Under the pieces are notes generated by a model. That model was not told where the DNA came from. It saw only the letters and a program-made list of their open reading frames with translations, and did no database searches. This document shows, piece after piece, positions 13,036 through 28,069 of a stretch of 64,000 bases of DNA; positions within the stretch are counted from its first letter, which is position 1, and the number at the start of each line of letters is the position of its first letter. The translations under genes and the position numbers were made by a program. This DNA comes from the human T2T-CHM13v2.0 reference genome, Homo sapiens: the NCBI RefSeq assembly GCF_009914755.1, contig NC_060935.1; one strand, 5' to 3'.

Positions 13036-14209
13036 GAGGCCAATACCTTAAAATAACTGACCAAATGGAAATGAAATTCCTGGTCCTTGAAAGTAACTCT
13101 TTAGGAGACTTGGAGCATTGATTTCATCAGAGAATCCCTCGCCTGTCTATAGAGAGCAGCGGAGAAGAGCAAAGCACAAGCTGCTGTGGACTGTTCCAAC
13201 TTCAACATTACTGCTTCCAATAGGAGGAAATAAATCACTAAAGAACTGTGCCTTATTTTAACTAGCCTGGGCTTTAATAGCCCATCAGCTTTGGTTTAAA
13301 TGCTTTTCGATAGCACTGAGCATTTGACCTTAAGCAAAGCACTTGGATTCAACCTTGACATTTACCATAATTAGACAAAGAAGATTTTGCTCATTAAATA
13401 TTATTTTTGTTTCTTGGACCATGAACTGAATTGTGAATGATCTCCAGTTTCAGGCAATGCAATGGCATGACCCTCAGTTCCTTGCAGCTGATAGCAGCTA
13501 CAAGTCCCAATCTGCCCTCAACGGAAGGCAGGAGGCAAGGCTAGCATTTCCCACAGGTTCTCTTTGCTACTTGCAGCTACTGAGAAATGTCACAGAGGCT
13601 GGCATCCACCAAAGGGAGGATGGGTAGAGGGTCAGAGAGGTAGGCGGCCCCATGCCAGTTCTCATGGATATGAACTTTAATGCCATGGAATCCCCACCCA
13701 CTGAGATAAAGGAGTGGATCATTTTTGGCAATGCCCACCCAGTTCAAGTAGAAACTCTTAACTCCCTCCTCATCACAGCAGTGAGCCTTTGGCAGTTATT
13801 TTGTAAAATATTGCCTCAATCTTCTGCCATGATTGATTGGCCCAGATGTTGCCAATTCACTCAAGTTAGATTGAACAAAGTTCTCCCAGGAACTGGAAAT
13901 GGAATCAAGAAAAAGAGAATATGACTTCGGATAACCAGACCTGTACAATGGACATGTTCCAGCCACCATGCAAATTGAGAAGCAGAGAAATCAAGGCTCC
14001 AGGAAAAAAGAAGAATGGAAGAAGAGATCAGAGGCAAGAGACCCAGATTGAGTATGGCTTGTGTGTGCCCTGATCCCTGATCTTGGTGCTTCTCCAAGCC
14101 CCATTTTGTTCCTGTTGTTGGCTTCCAAAAAAACATTCCTGTGTCTTTATAATAAACTCCCCTGCAAGAAAAAGTGAGCTTTAACTGATTTGTTTGTTCT
14201 TTCATTAAG

Positions 14210-14655
14210 GCTTAAATTTTTTAGAGCAGTTTAAGGTTCAAAGCAAAATTGACAGGAAGATATAGAAATTCCTTCTGCCTCCACAAATGCACAGCCTCCC
14301 CCACTATCAACATCCCCCACTGGAGTTTTCCATTTGTTACCATTGATAAGCCTACATGAACTCATCCTTATCACCAGAGTTCATAGTTTACATTACAATT
14401 TACATTTGGTGGTATATGTTCTATGGGTTTGGACATAGGTACAATGCATAGTATCAGCTCTACTCGTTTCACTGCCCTAAAAATCCTCTGTACTCTGTCT
14501 TTTCACTCCTCCCTCCCCCTCAACCCCTGGCAGCCACTAATCTTTTTACTGTCTTCATAGTTTCCCCTTTCCCAGAACATGAATCACACAGTATGCAGTC
14601 TTTACAGGTGGGCTTCTGTCACTTAGTAATATGTATTTAAGGTTTCTCCATGTTG
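14210..14655 (-). mobile_element. L1M (L1MC/MD-like) 3' end, inserted in an old LTR-like sequence (~13800-14700)
   Basis: tttttagagcagtttaaggttcaaagcaaaattga...ttcactgccctaaaaatcctctgtactc. Confidence 0.75.
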
Positions 14656-14803
14656 AACCGGTTTTTGTTACTTACAAACATGACCTAAGCAAAGCAGATG
14701 GGGAAACATCTCTTCCCTGTTCCCTTCCTCAACATTGTTTATCTTCCCTCCTTTCTTGATGTGGTGTCCGGGGACCAGGTCACCCACTTAAACCCAAAAT
14801 CTA

Positions 14804-15112
14804 GGCTGGGCATGCTGGCTCACACCTGTAATGCCAGCACTTTGGGAGGCCAAAGCAGACAGATCACTTGAGCCCAGGAATTTGAGACCAGCCTAGTTAT
14901 CATGGTGAAACCCCTGTCTCTGTGAAAAATACAGAAATTAGTCAGGCGTGGTGGTGCACGACTGTAGTCCCAGCTACTCAGGAGACTGAGGTGGGAGGAT
15001 CACCTGAGCACAGGAGGTCAAGGCTGCAGTGAGCCATGATTGCACCATTGCACTTTAGCATGGGTGACAGAGCAAGACCCTGTCTCAAAAACAACAACAG
15101 CAACAACAAAAA
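14804..15112 (+). mobile_element. Alu (AluJ-type)
   Basis: Dimeric Alu with (CAA)n tail; TSD aaaatcta/aaaatcca. Confidence 0.93.
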
Positions 15113-15217
15113 TCCAGATGTAATCTCTAACTCTCTGGAAACTCCACCCACTGAGATAAGATAGTGGATCCTTTTCGGCAACATCTTTCCAGTTCACAAT
15201 GAGACCCACAACTCCCT

Positions 15218-15660
15218 TGTGATGGCTAATTTTACGTGTCTACTTATCTGGGCCACAGTGCCCAGATATTTGGTACATTATTCTGGATGTTTCTGCAAAG
15301 ATGTTTTTTGGATGAGATAGATTTTGAGTAAAGCAGATTACCCTCCATAATGTGGGTGGGCCTTATCCAAACAATGGAAGGCCTTAATAGAACAAAGACT
15401 GGCCTCTTCTCCCCAAGCAGAAAGGAATTCTGCTAGCAGACTGTCTTTCAACTCAAACTGCATCTCTTCTCTGAGTCTGCAACCTGCCGGCCTCCTCACG
15501 TCTCCCATCTAATTTTGGACTCACCAAGTTTCCACAATCATGTGAGCCAATTCCTTAAAATCTCTCCCCCTCTCTCTGTCTCCATATATTTACATATATA
15601 GCACACATCCATCCTGTTGGTTTTGTTTTTCTGAAGAGCTGGAGAACTCTGACTAATACA
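15218..15660 (+). mobile_element. MLT2-type (ERVL) solo LTR
   Basis: TGTGATGGCTAATTTTACGTGTC...GACTAATACA termini; 5-bp TSD tccct/ttcct. Confidence 0.85.
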
Positions 15661-17964
15661 TTCCTCCTCGTCCACAACAGCGTGCCTCTGGTTATTATTG
15701 TCTCAATTCCCTCCTTATATTTATTTGTGATGTTTTAGCATTGATATTAACTGACAATATGGAGGGAGTGTGGTGAAATGGAATGAACACTGGACCCCAT
15801 TCAACTAATTAGTAGGGGTAATTAGTTGGGCAAGTCACCAATCCTGAGCAAGCCACTTAACTTCTCTGAACCTCCTCCTAGACTATAGTATTCCTGAGGG
15901 TCCTCCTAGTTTCATAACATCTCAATGGGAGGTGAGCCACTCCCTGTTCTGTTGGCCTTCACCAAGGCTTGGGACACACAGCTTGAGGTGCCTGTCCCTT
16001 TCTTTTCCATATTTTTCCTTGGTTGGAAATCTTGTTTCTGCTCCTATAATCCTTTTGTCATTTTGGACCTGGGAAAGGGAAGGCAAAGGGTAAAGAACAA
16101 GGAAGAAGGAGGATATGAGGACAGTTCTTGCTGGAGAGAAGGGGAAGATAGAAGGTGCTTTCCGTGGAGGGAGGAGCTGAGAAGAGGGCTGAAGAGAGGA
16201 TGGGCAAGTGTGACAGTGTCCTGAATTCCCTCCCACAACCAAATCAAAACCCCTGGCTGGGCTGGGTGTGCGCATGCGCTAGGAACTTAAGGAAACTTTG
16301 GAGAAACCTAGCAAGACCATGGCTGGTGCTCTGCTTCCCCAGGTACAGCCTGGGAGAGCCACAGCCTGTGGGAAAAGTCTGCATTTCCAAAGGGTGCCGT
16401 GTACATCAGGTTTGGGTACTAATGGGCAGCATGGGCAGAAGTGGGTGCCTGTATAGCCAGGGCCTGAGATAGCCTCATTCTAGCCCACCCTAGCTCTCTC
16501 TTGGCTTCAGCAGAGCACAAAGAAGATCTGGAAAGTTCTCAGGGACCAATAAAAGGGATGGCGAAAGTAAAGAAGAATTAAGAATTGAGAAGCCTGCCTG
16601 CAAGTGCTCACTGAGACACAAGATGGGGAAACCCTGTAGCAGAAGCCACAGGGAGGTCTGGCCAGGTCTGGGGGTCTCAAGGAGCTTGTGACCATGTCTC
16701 AAAGGACCAGTATCACCAGCAAAATCTCAGGTGGCTGGAGTCAGCAGCAGAAGATGGCTGAAGTTGTATTCCATGGGCTGAGAGAACATTCACCAGGTCC
16801 ACCAGGCTTCACATTGAGGCAAGGAAGGCTATTAAGGCCAGAAGCTGGGGCCCAGAGAACAGCAGCCCAGAGGACCACACACAGGTGCAGAACTCCTCCT
16901 CTCTGCTGTGAGGATATTTAAGGCTCTGCTTCCCTCCACTTCAGGTGCCATCTTGAAAAAGAGTAGAAAGCAACTTCTTGAAAAGAGAGAAACAGACTTG
17001 GTAGGAACCACTTCAGAATATTTGCCCAAAGGGAACTATTTTGAACTGGAAGAGACTGGGTTCTCTTTTATTGGCATGTCTATTTTTATTTGTGTTTTTC
17101 CCCCTACTTCTATGGGGGCTTCAGAGCAGAAGACAATCCATTACTAAAACAAAAGAAGCTCCTTTCTGGTTTTGCACACCTGAACTCTAGTGTGTAAAGC
17201 TTAGCCATAACAGAGGATTGAGAAGGGGAAGACTTTCTTGCCTCCATGCCTTGGAAGGAGAGGTGCTCTTCTCCCACCCTGCTGGGAGAGAGAAAGTCAG
17301 GGATGGCTCCAAGGATGCCAGCTACTTCTAGGATGTGACTCACTGTCCCTAAGGATACATCACTGTGATAACAAGCCAGAAATATGAGCATTGAGTTGCA
17401 GAAAGATGGCTTGAGTCCCTCCCTCCTCCTGATGCTATAGCAGGTTGCAGAAAGAACTGGGAGAGGCACCAGGGATCCTAGCTTATGGATGAAAGAGCTA
17501 AGCCAGGGAGTGGCCTCTCCCTGGTTGCTAAACCAACTGAGGGGCTCAACAGGGAGAGTGTGCCCTTGTCCCTGCTTTTGTCAGTTTCCTTACCTGTTAC
17601 ACTGAGACACTTTAGGAGTTGTTAGAGCTGAGGTTTTCAGAAGAGGTCCCAGGCTTGCCAAGTCGACAAGAGGAAAGATTGGAGGGTAGCCCATGGGAAC
17701 CAATACTGCCTCTGCCATAGGTATGACACAGCTCAAAATCAGCTTGGAGAGCTCTCTGTGTCCAAGTGTGGTCCGGTTCTGCCTATTCTGTTGTCATCTT
17801 ATATTACTCTTTTATCCCCTTAGACCTGTCACACTAGTCCATGGCTTTTCCAACCAGACCTATTATTTCTTGAGAATTATCTGAAAGTGAAAAGTTAGTT
17901 CTAATACTATCTCTTATAATGTACTTGCTAAAAATGCATCCCTAAAAACATGGAGCTTTCTACA

Positions 17965-17965
<1 letters not shown>

Positions 17966-18012
<47 letters not shown>
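17966..18012. repeat. (TCTA)11 tetranucleotide microsatellite
   Basis: Perfect tandem array. Confidence 0.97.
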
Positions 18013-18129
18013 CTACCACCCTAGCTACTTCTGTTCTTACTAGCTACTGCTCAGACCCATGCAAGGACTTGAATCACAATTCCCCCCACGAATTCTGCAA
18101 ATTTCATTTCTGTATGGTCATCACTCTTG

Positions 18130-18345
18130 TGTGCCTACAATGTGCAAGGCACAGTAGTAGACATTTGAAATATATCTTATTTAATCCTTACAATAGTCAT
18201 GAGATGAGGGCAATCAGCCCCATTTTACAGAAGAAATGAAAACAGGAAAGGTTAGAAAGTGAGTAATTTGCAAAGGCAGGAGTCAAAAACATGGGTCTAT
18301 CTTTAACCAAAGCCCATGCTCCTTCCATTATAATGCACTGCTTCC
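18130..18345 (-). mobile_element. MIR
   Basis: gtgcctacaatgtgcaaggcac...atttaatccttacaatag...ccccattttacagaaga. Confidence 0.7.
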
Positions 18346-19404
18346 TTATTGCCTGCTCTTACCCCAAAGCTGCGTGTGGCCACACACCAATGCCTTCTCT
18401 CCATGCTGCTGCTGTTGCTTCTGCAGCTGCAAAATGAGAGCTCCCATGTAACCCTCTGATTTTTCACTGTCATTTTTGCGGAAAAATAACAACTTCTGGA
18501 TTAAGTTCAGAACTGAACTGGACTTCACTAACTGGACTGAACTGAAAAAATCTCACTCTTCTTCAGAGACCCTTCATTTCTTGTTTCCATTATCAATTGC
18601 ATCCACAACAATAGTGAAAACACGTCTGTTTATGTGTATGTGCAATATATATTCCTTTAGGTTGTCGACAAAAAGAAGACATAGAGAGAATTGAAATGTC
18701 TAAATGATTATATGACAGTTTATATTATGCCCCATTGCTGTCTCAGGAGAACTGTCCAAATATCAGTTACAGGGAGAAAATGACTTCACCAGAATGTAAA
18801 TGCAAAACCAGCCAATGCTTTCCAGAATTTTGTCAACATATTTTAAACATCCTAATTATTGGACATATTACAGTTAGTCCATAAGGATGGCAAAGACCAT
18901 TTTCCTTGTGCATCCTATTTCATCATTTATATTGGTAGAATGTGTACCTTCACTTTTAGAATAACGTCCCAGTTTTGTCCTTCCTGAACTTTTCCCTTCT
19001 TGTCACTGGTTATTTCTCTGTATCCTTCAGGTGGTTTTTGCTAAGTTCTTGAGGTATTACTTAATTGTGCCTTTCTGTCTTCCACGTTCTGAAGCAATTG
19101 AGAAGTATACAAAGGAATCAGAGGTCCTAATAATAGTGGTAATACTGGCTACCTGGTCTGGTGAATGGAAACTGTCCCTGTGATCTGAATGAGTTTTCTA
19201 TTCCATACTGAGTTATACTTAGCCACCTTTTCATGGCCACAGCAGCTAAACAACTGGAAGCCTTTCCTCTTGAGGGCAGAGCTTGCCTTGGCAGACTCAC
19301 CACATGAAAGAGGCAGGAACAGAAGGAAGAACCTATACCAGCTTCAGGCCATCTAACCTAAGAAAGGGAGCCACAGAGAGTATAACACTTAAAAAACCAT
19401 TGCT

Positions 19405-19722
19405 GGCCAGGCACGGTGGCTCACGCCTGTAATCCCAGCACTTTGGGAGGCCAAGGCAGGTGGATCATGAGGTCAGGAGTTTGAGACCAGCCTGACCAAC
19501 ATGGTGAAACCCCATTTCTACTAAAAATACAAAAATTAGCTGGGCATGGTGATGCATGCCTGTAATCCCAGCTACTCAGGAGCCTGAGGCAGGAAAATCG
19601 CTTGAACCGGGGGGACAGAGGTTGCAGTGAGCCAAGATCGCACCACTGCACTCCCGCCAGGGTGACAGAGCAAGACTCCATCTCAAAACAACAACAGCAC
19701 CAACAGCAAAAAAAAAAAAAAA
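19405..19722 (+). mobile_element. Alu (AluS-type)
   Basis: Full Alu whose tail runs into an AT-rich repeat. Confidence 0.95.
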
Positions 19723-19784
19723 TATATATATATATGTAATATATATATATAAATATTTATATTTATATATTTAGATAAAAAATA

Positions 19785-19839
<55 letters not shown>
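19723..19839. repeat. AT-rich low-complexity tract ending in (TA)23
   Basis: Pure TA array at 19794-19839. Confidence 0.95.
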
Positions 19840-19840
<1 letters not shown>

Positions 19841-20260
19841 CTACAAATGCCTCCCATCCCTGTATATATGCCCCCGGCAATGTGGGGTTGCTACTGTTCC
19901 CATCACTTGCCTTGGCCAATGGAAAGAAGCAGAATGATGTTAAGCAATTTCTGAGCCAAGGTCTAAGTCAAGCAACCTCTGCATTCTTTCTCAAAATTCA
20001 CCTACCAAGTGAAGAAGCCCAGGCTAGCTAAACCAGTGGAATGGCCATGTGGATAAAAACCAAAGTGCCCCAGCTGACACTTCAGCCAACTGCTAGGCCT
20101 GTAAATTACATCATCCAGGATCAGGCAACACCAATCAACATGCCAAGTGACCACAAATATGTGAGTGAACCCAACAAACACCACAGAGAATGGAAATGAA
20201 CAATCTCAGCTGAACCCTGCCCAAATCACCAGGCCACACCAGTCAGATAAGTCCCTCTGG
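19840..20260 (+). mobile_element. Old MLT1 (G/H-like) LTR
   Basis: aaatgcctcccatccctgtat...acttgccttggccaatggaa...cagctgaaccctgcccaaat. Confidence 0.6.
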
Positions 20261-20439
20261 TATAAGGCTAGACAAGCAATGTAGCTTTAATATTGTTTTC
20301 TACAGAATATGAGGCATGGGGTAATATCCCCACTCAAGAGTTACGAATTCTACTGCTGTCGTGTATGCCAATGCCTTCCATAGGCACTAGAAAGGCACTT
20401 TAACCATTGACCATTATTCAAGGATCCATTGAAAAGTAG

Positions 20440-21448
<1,009 letters not shown>

Positions 21449-22024
21449 TAACAGTTTCTAAGTGCTCTAAAAGTAGGGATAATAAGAAGTCATATTTCAT
21501 GGTATGTTTTGGAGTTGATAATATAAGACAGACATGGAACCTTGTTGAAAACAAAATACATTTTATCTCTTGCTTCACTCTAATAGCCCTGTGAAGGCCA
21601 AGTTGACAGACTGTCCAGCTTCCCTCTCAATCATGTTGCCTGGAGACTGTCACCAATGCAGGCCTCATTGAGAGAGAAGCAATGTGTCTCAATCTGTCAG
21701 ATGCTACAAGATTTCTGAAGGCAACGGCAGGGAGAGCACTCAACTTCCTGTTTCCATCGGTCTACTGAGTGGTGGGAAAGAAGTAGTACAGCAGCCTCCC
21801 TTGCCAGAAGCCAGAGAAGGAGATGGATGGATTAAATAATACAGAACTCTTCTGCCTGCTTGGCCATTTTCTTCTTGTAATTGAATGCTAAAAAGATGAC
21901 TTAAAAAAAGAACAATTTGTCCCACAAAGGTGCATGCATATCTGTTAAACGGTACAAGACACAAAGGGTCATCCCTACAAATGTGATGTGCATTCATTCA
22001 CTCTAGGCCCCATACCTTTAAAAA

Positions 22025-23477
22025 GTGAGAGTGTCCTTTCCCTACTCTATGTTTTTGTTTGCTTTGTTGAAGATTAGTTGGCTATAAGTATTTGGGTTTA
22101 TTTCTGAGTTCTCTATTCTGTTCCATTGGTCTATGTGCCTATTTTTATACCAGTACCGTGCTGTTTTGGTGATATAGCCTTATAATATAGTTTGAAATCT
22201 GGTAATGTGATGCCTCCAGACTTTTTCTTTTTACTTAGTCTTGCTTTGGCTATGCAGGCTCTTTTTTGTTTCCATGTGAATTTTAGGATTTTTTTTTTCC
22301 AGTTCTGTGAAGAATGATGGTGGTATTTTGAGGGAAATTGCATTGAATTTGTAGATGGCTTTTAGCAGTAAGGTCATTTTCACAGTATTGATTCTACCCA
22401 TCTATGAGCATGGAATATGTTTTCATTTGTTTGTGTCATCTGTGATTTCTTTCAGCAGCGTTTTGTAGTTGTCCTTGTAGAGGTCTTTTACCTCCTCAGT
22501 TAAGTATAGTCCTAAGTATTTTACTTATTTATTTTTTTGCAACTACTGTAAAAGAGGTTGAGTTCTTGATTTGATTCTCAGCTTAGCCACTGTTGGTGTA
22601 TAGCAGAGCAACTGATTTGTGTACATTAAGCATGTATCCTGAAGCTTTGCTGAATTCATTTATCAGTTCTAAGAGCTTTTTGGAGGAGTCTTTAGTGTTT
22701 TCTAAGTATACAATCATATCATCAGCAAACAGTGTACAGTTTGACTTCCTCTTTACTGATTTGGATGCCCTTTATTTCTTTCCCTTGTCTGATTGCTCTG
22801 GCTAGGACTTTCAGTACTATGTTGGATAGAAGTGGTCAGAGCGGGCACCCAGTCTTGTTTCACTTTTCAGAGGGAATGCTTTCAACTTTTCCCCATTCAG
22901 TATTATGGTGGCTGTGGGGTTGTCACAGATGGCTTTTATTACGTTGAGGTATGTCCCTTGTATGTCGATGTTGCTGAGGGTTTTAATCATAAAGGAATGC
23001 TGGATTTTGTCAAGTGCTTTCTCTGCATCTATTGAGATGATCATGTGATTTTTGTTTTTAATTCTGTTTATGTGGTGTATCACATTCATTGACTTGCGCA
23101 TGTTAAACCATCCCTGCAACCCTGGTATGAAACCCATTTGATCATCGTAGATTATCTTTTTTGTATGCTGTTGGATTCGGTTAGCAGGTATTTTGCTAAG
23201 TATTTTTGCATCTATGTTCATCAGGAATATTGGTCTATAGTTTCTTTTTTTTGTTATGTCCTTTCCTGGTTTGGGTATTAGGGTGATACTGACTTCATAG
23301 AGTGATTTAGGGAGGATTACCTCTTTATCTTGTGGAATAGTGTCAACAGGATTGGTACCAAGTCTTCTCTGAATGTTTGGTAAAATTCAGCTGTGAATCT
23401 ATCTGGTCCTGGACTCTGTTTTTGGCAATTTTTTAAATCACCATTTCAACCTCACTGCTTGTTATTTGTCTGTTCAG
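22025..23477 (-). mobile_element. L1PB-like LINE-1, inverted 5' segment (ORF2 RT region)
   Basis: Minus-strand [14 protein letters not shown]...QGWFN...[12 protein letters not shown] is L1 reverse transcriptase. Confidence 0.92.
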
Positions 23478-24610
<1,133 letters not shown>

Positions 24611-24654
24611 CAAAACCTATAATTGAGGATAATAATAAATACCTATTCATAGCC

Positions 24655-24940
24655 TCCTGTAGCAGATTGTTACATTGATTGTCCACAGTGAATCCCATCT
24701 TCCTGTATCCATACCCTTGCTAGCTCCCTTCCACTGATGCTGGGCTTGGCCATGAGCTCTGCTTTGCCAGTGGAACATCACCAAATGAGACATCAACAGA
24801 GGTGGATAAGTGCCTGTATATTGGGGCTTGCCCTCTTAATATACTGCCACTACCATGAAAGAAACCTAAGATATCTTGGTGTAGAAGCTACCACCTAGAT
24901 ACTCCAGCTAGCAGCCCCACCTACTCACTTACTGCAGAGC
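24655..24940 (+). mobile_element. Old MLT1 LTR fragment
   Basis: tgtagcagattgttacattg...ccatcttcctgtatccataccctt...gggcttggccatgagc. Confidence 0.55.
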
Positions 24941-24944
24941 CCAA

Positions 24945-25440
24945 GGCCCTCCATCATCTTGCCCCGCCTGCTTCTCCAACCCCTTCCTCCTCCCCTCCCC
25001 ATCTCTTTCCTCCTCTCTTTCTATTCACACTAACCTTCCTTCTGACCCTCAAACCTGGCAGATTTGTTCCCATCTCAGGGCTTTTGCCCTTGATGATCTT
25101 TCTGCTTGGAAAACTTCCCCCAAAAATTCATACATAGCTGTCCTTTTTCTCTCATTGAGGGCTCTGTTTATTGTCACCCCCTGCTACCGCCTTCTCTGAC
25201 CTGCCTAGCTAAAACAGCCCCTCCCATATGCAGTCACTCTACATCACAGTACCTATTTTATCTTCTTGATGGCTCTTAGACACACCTTAAGTTATTTGTG
25301 TCTGCTTGGGATGTCTACTCCTACTGAAAGGGGACCCCTTGGGCACAGGGACTCTTCTTTGCTTACTGCTGTTTCCCAGCCTGGCACACTGCCTGGCTCT
25401 TAATAGGTACTCACAAAATATAGATTGACTAACAGACAAG
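24945..25440 (+). mobile_element. L2 3' end
   Basis: aaggccctccatcatcttgcccc...catctcagggcttttgcccttg...cactgcctggc...taggtactca. Confidence 0.75.
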
Positions 25441-25466
25441 TAGATAGCAGAGCTGGCACTCAAACC

Positions 25467-25572
25467 TGGGCAACCAACTGTTCCCCAGTTGCTGAGGGGT
25501 TTTCCAGGATATGTGACATTCAGTGCTAACACTGGGAAAGTCCCTGGCAAACCAGAAAAGTTGGTCATGCTA
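25467..25572. mobile_element. MER94/MER81-like hAT MITE
   Basis: gggcaaccaact...cagtgctaacactgggaaagtccctggcaaacc...gttggtcatgcta. Confidence 0.6.
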
Positions 25573-26419
25573 ACTCAAACCCAGTTCTTCTAACTCTGGC
25601 CAGTGTTTCTTCCTCTGCCCCACCCCTGGGATTCTAGGACATCTCATGTAAAGTCAGAGACCTCATGCTTTACAACAGTGCCTGACACAAAGCAGGCAAA
25701 TGACAAATATGTGTTGGATAAATGAATGGATGAAACGAATGAGTGAATGACCTGGCTCCCGTAAGTAGAAGCCAAACAGAATCTCCCTGTGTCAGCTTGT
25801 TTGAACCATGTGGCCTGGGTACTCTGCAGCATCATTCTGTGGGTATAACTAGTCATCTCAATATCCTAAGTTGTGAGCTATAATAAAGTCTTCAGGCAGT
25901 CCCCAGTTCATGTCTTTTGTTTACTCCACCCTCTGGCTGCTGGTTCTCAGCTATAGCTGCATTGAAGGGGCTTGGACACAAACAAAGAATCCAGAAAACT
26001 GATTCAGATACATTGGAATATTTTTTTCTCCTTGGAAATTTTTTTGCTTCTCGTTAGAATTTGTTGATAAACCCTGCAGTCCTGCACATGGGGATGGAAA
26101 ACGGAGTGGATGCACAAAGGTAAGTTATGATGGCCTGATGGCCCCTTCTTAGCTGCAGCATGGAGCCACGAGAGTGGAAGAAGGCAAGTGAACATGCCCA
26201 TGCTACAGTGGAACAAGTCTGGAACTTAACTGGGGAGGGGCAGAGAACAAAACAGACTGCTCTGGTAATCAGGTTCTGAGCCGAAAGGCAAGGAACAGTC
26301 TCCCCTCTGCAGTACACAAAAATACATGTTCAAGGCCTCAGAGTTTCTGCAGCTGCAGAGAGGATGGCTTTGGAACCCAAATGACCTGAGTCAAACTCTC
26401 AGCTCTGCAATTAACATAT

Positions 26420-26741
26420 CAGTCACCCCTCTCTATCTGTGGGTTCTGTATCCATGGATTCAAAACTAAATGCAGATCTGAAATATTGGAGGAAAGATAA
26501 AAAATAATAAGACAGCAATTAAAAATATAAATTTTAAAATACAGTATAACAACTATTTTCATAGCATTTGCATTGCACTAGACATAAGCAACCTAGAGAT
26601 TATTTAAAGAATACAGGAGGATGTGTGTAGGTTAGACACAAATACTACACCATTTTATGTAAGAGAGTTGAGCATCTGTGGATTTTGGTATCCACAGGGA
26701 TTCCTGGAATCAATCCCCTGTGAACACCAAGGGACTGACTA
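26420..26741. mobile_element. MER2 (Tigger-derived MITE) inserted in a MIR (~26360-26880)
   Basis: cagtcacccctctctatctgtgggttctgtatccatggattcaa ... ggaatcaatcccctgtgaacaccaagggactgact. Confidence 0.85.
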
Positions 26742-27647
26742 TACATATGTGACCTTCAGCAGATTATTTAACCCCTCCAAGTCTCAGTTTCTTCATCTGT
26801 AAATTGAGATTGTTGTGAGAACTGGAGATAATGGATGTAAAGCAATTGTCACGTAAGAGGCACTGATAAACAGTGGCTGTCTTTCTCATCATTACGTTAA
26901 AAGTTTATAACCAAGGGAGAGTTACTTGAGCCAAGGATAGTAGGTGGCTCTGTCCCTGGATAATGAACAATTATCAATGCAGTTATGCTTTAGGGGCTGG
27001 CTTTGGCATCCTCACGGTGAGGTGAGAGTCATGAGGCTGGTGGTTTAGGATGCTCGCAACATCGCCTGAGTAAACCCTTCCCCACCCTCCAGCACTAATT
27101 CCTGACTTTCATTTCAATTTAATAGATTTGGGTTTAACAAGATAATTATTATACTTGAAATAAATACTGACTGGCCAGAAATGCAATGCTTACTGCAAAT
27201 TAGGAACAAAGAGGCCTCCTCAGTTACATCTCTGGTATATCTTAAACACAGCTTTTGAATAATTAATTTGCCATTTCGATAACACATAATAACCAGCCTA
27301 TTAAGCCAAGAATCTTGCATTTATTAAATGCTAACTTAATGGCAAACAAACAAAACCTGAGTCAATAGTTGCTTTGCCAAATTTAAAAGCTCTCCTCCCT
27401 GAGGATTTGTGTGGGAGGCAGACCACATGGTTGGGGCGTGTGGATCTTAGGAGCAGGCAGTAGGAAACTGAAGGTGCATGCAGGAGGATATTCAAAACTC
27501 AGACTCTGCTCAGGTGGGAGGATATTACTAGGATCGTCTGGGGTAAGTGCCAAAGGAACCACCTGGATTTTCCACCAACGCTGTACCAAAGCCATAACAT
27601 GTGTTTTTTGTTTGGGTTTTCTGAATGTTCTTAATGCCTGAAGATGG

Positions 27648-27981
<334 letters not shown>

Positions 27982-28069
27982 TCAAGAATAATTTAGAACT
28001 AAAGAATACAGCCCTTGTTGTAGTTAACTACACAGTACAGATGCGAACAATATGGGTTTCAATGAGGAA

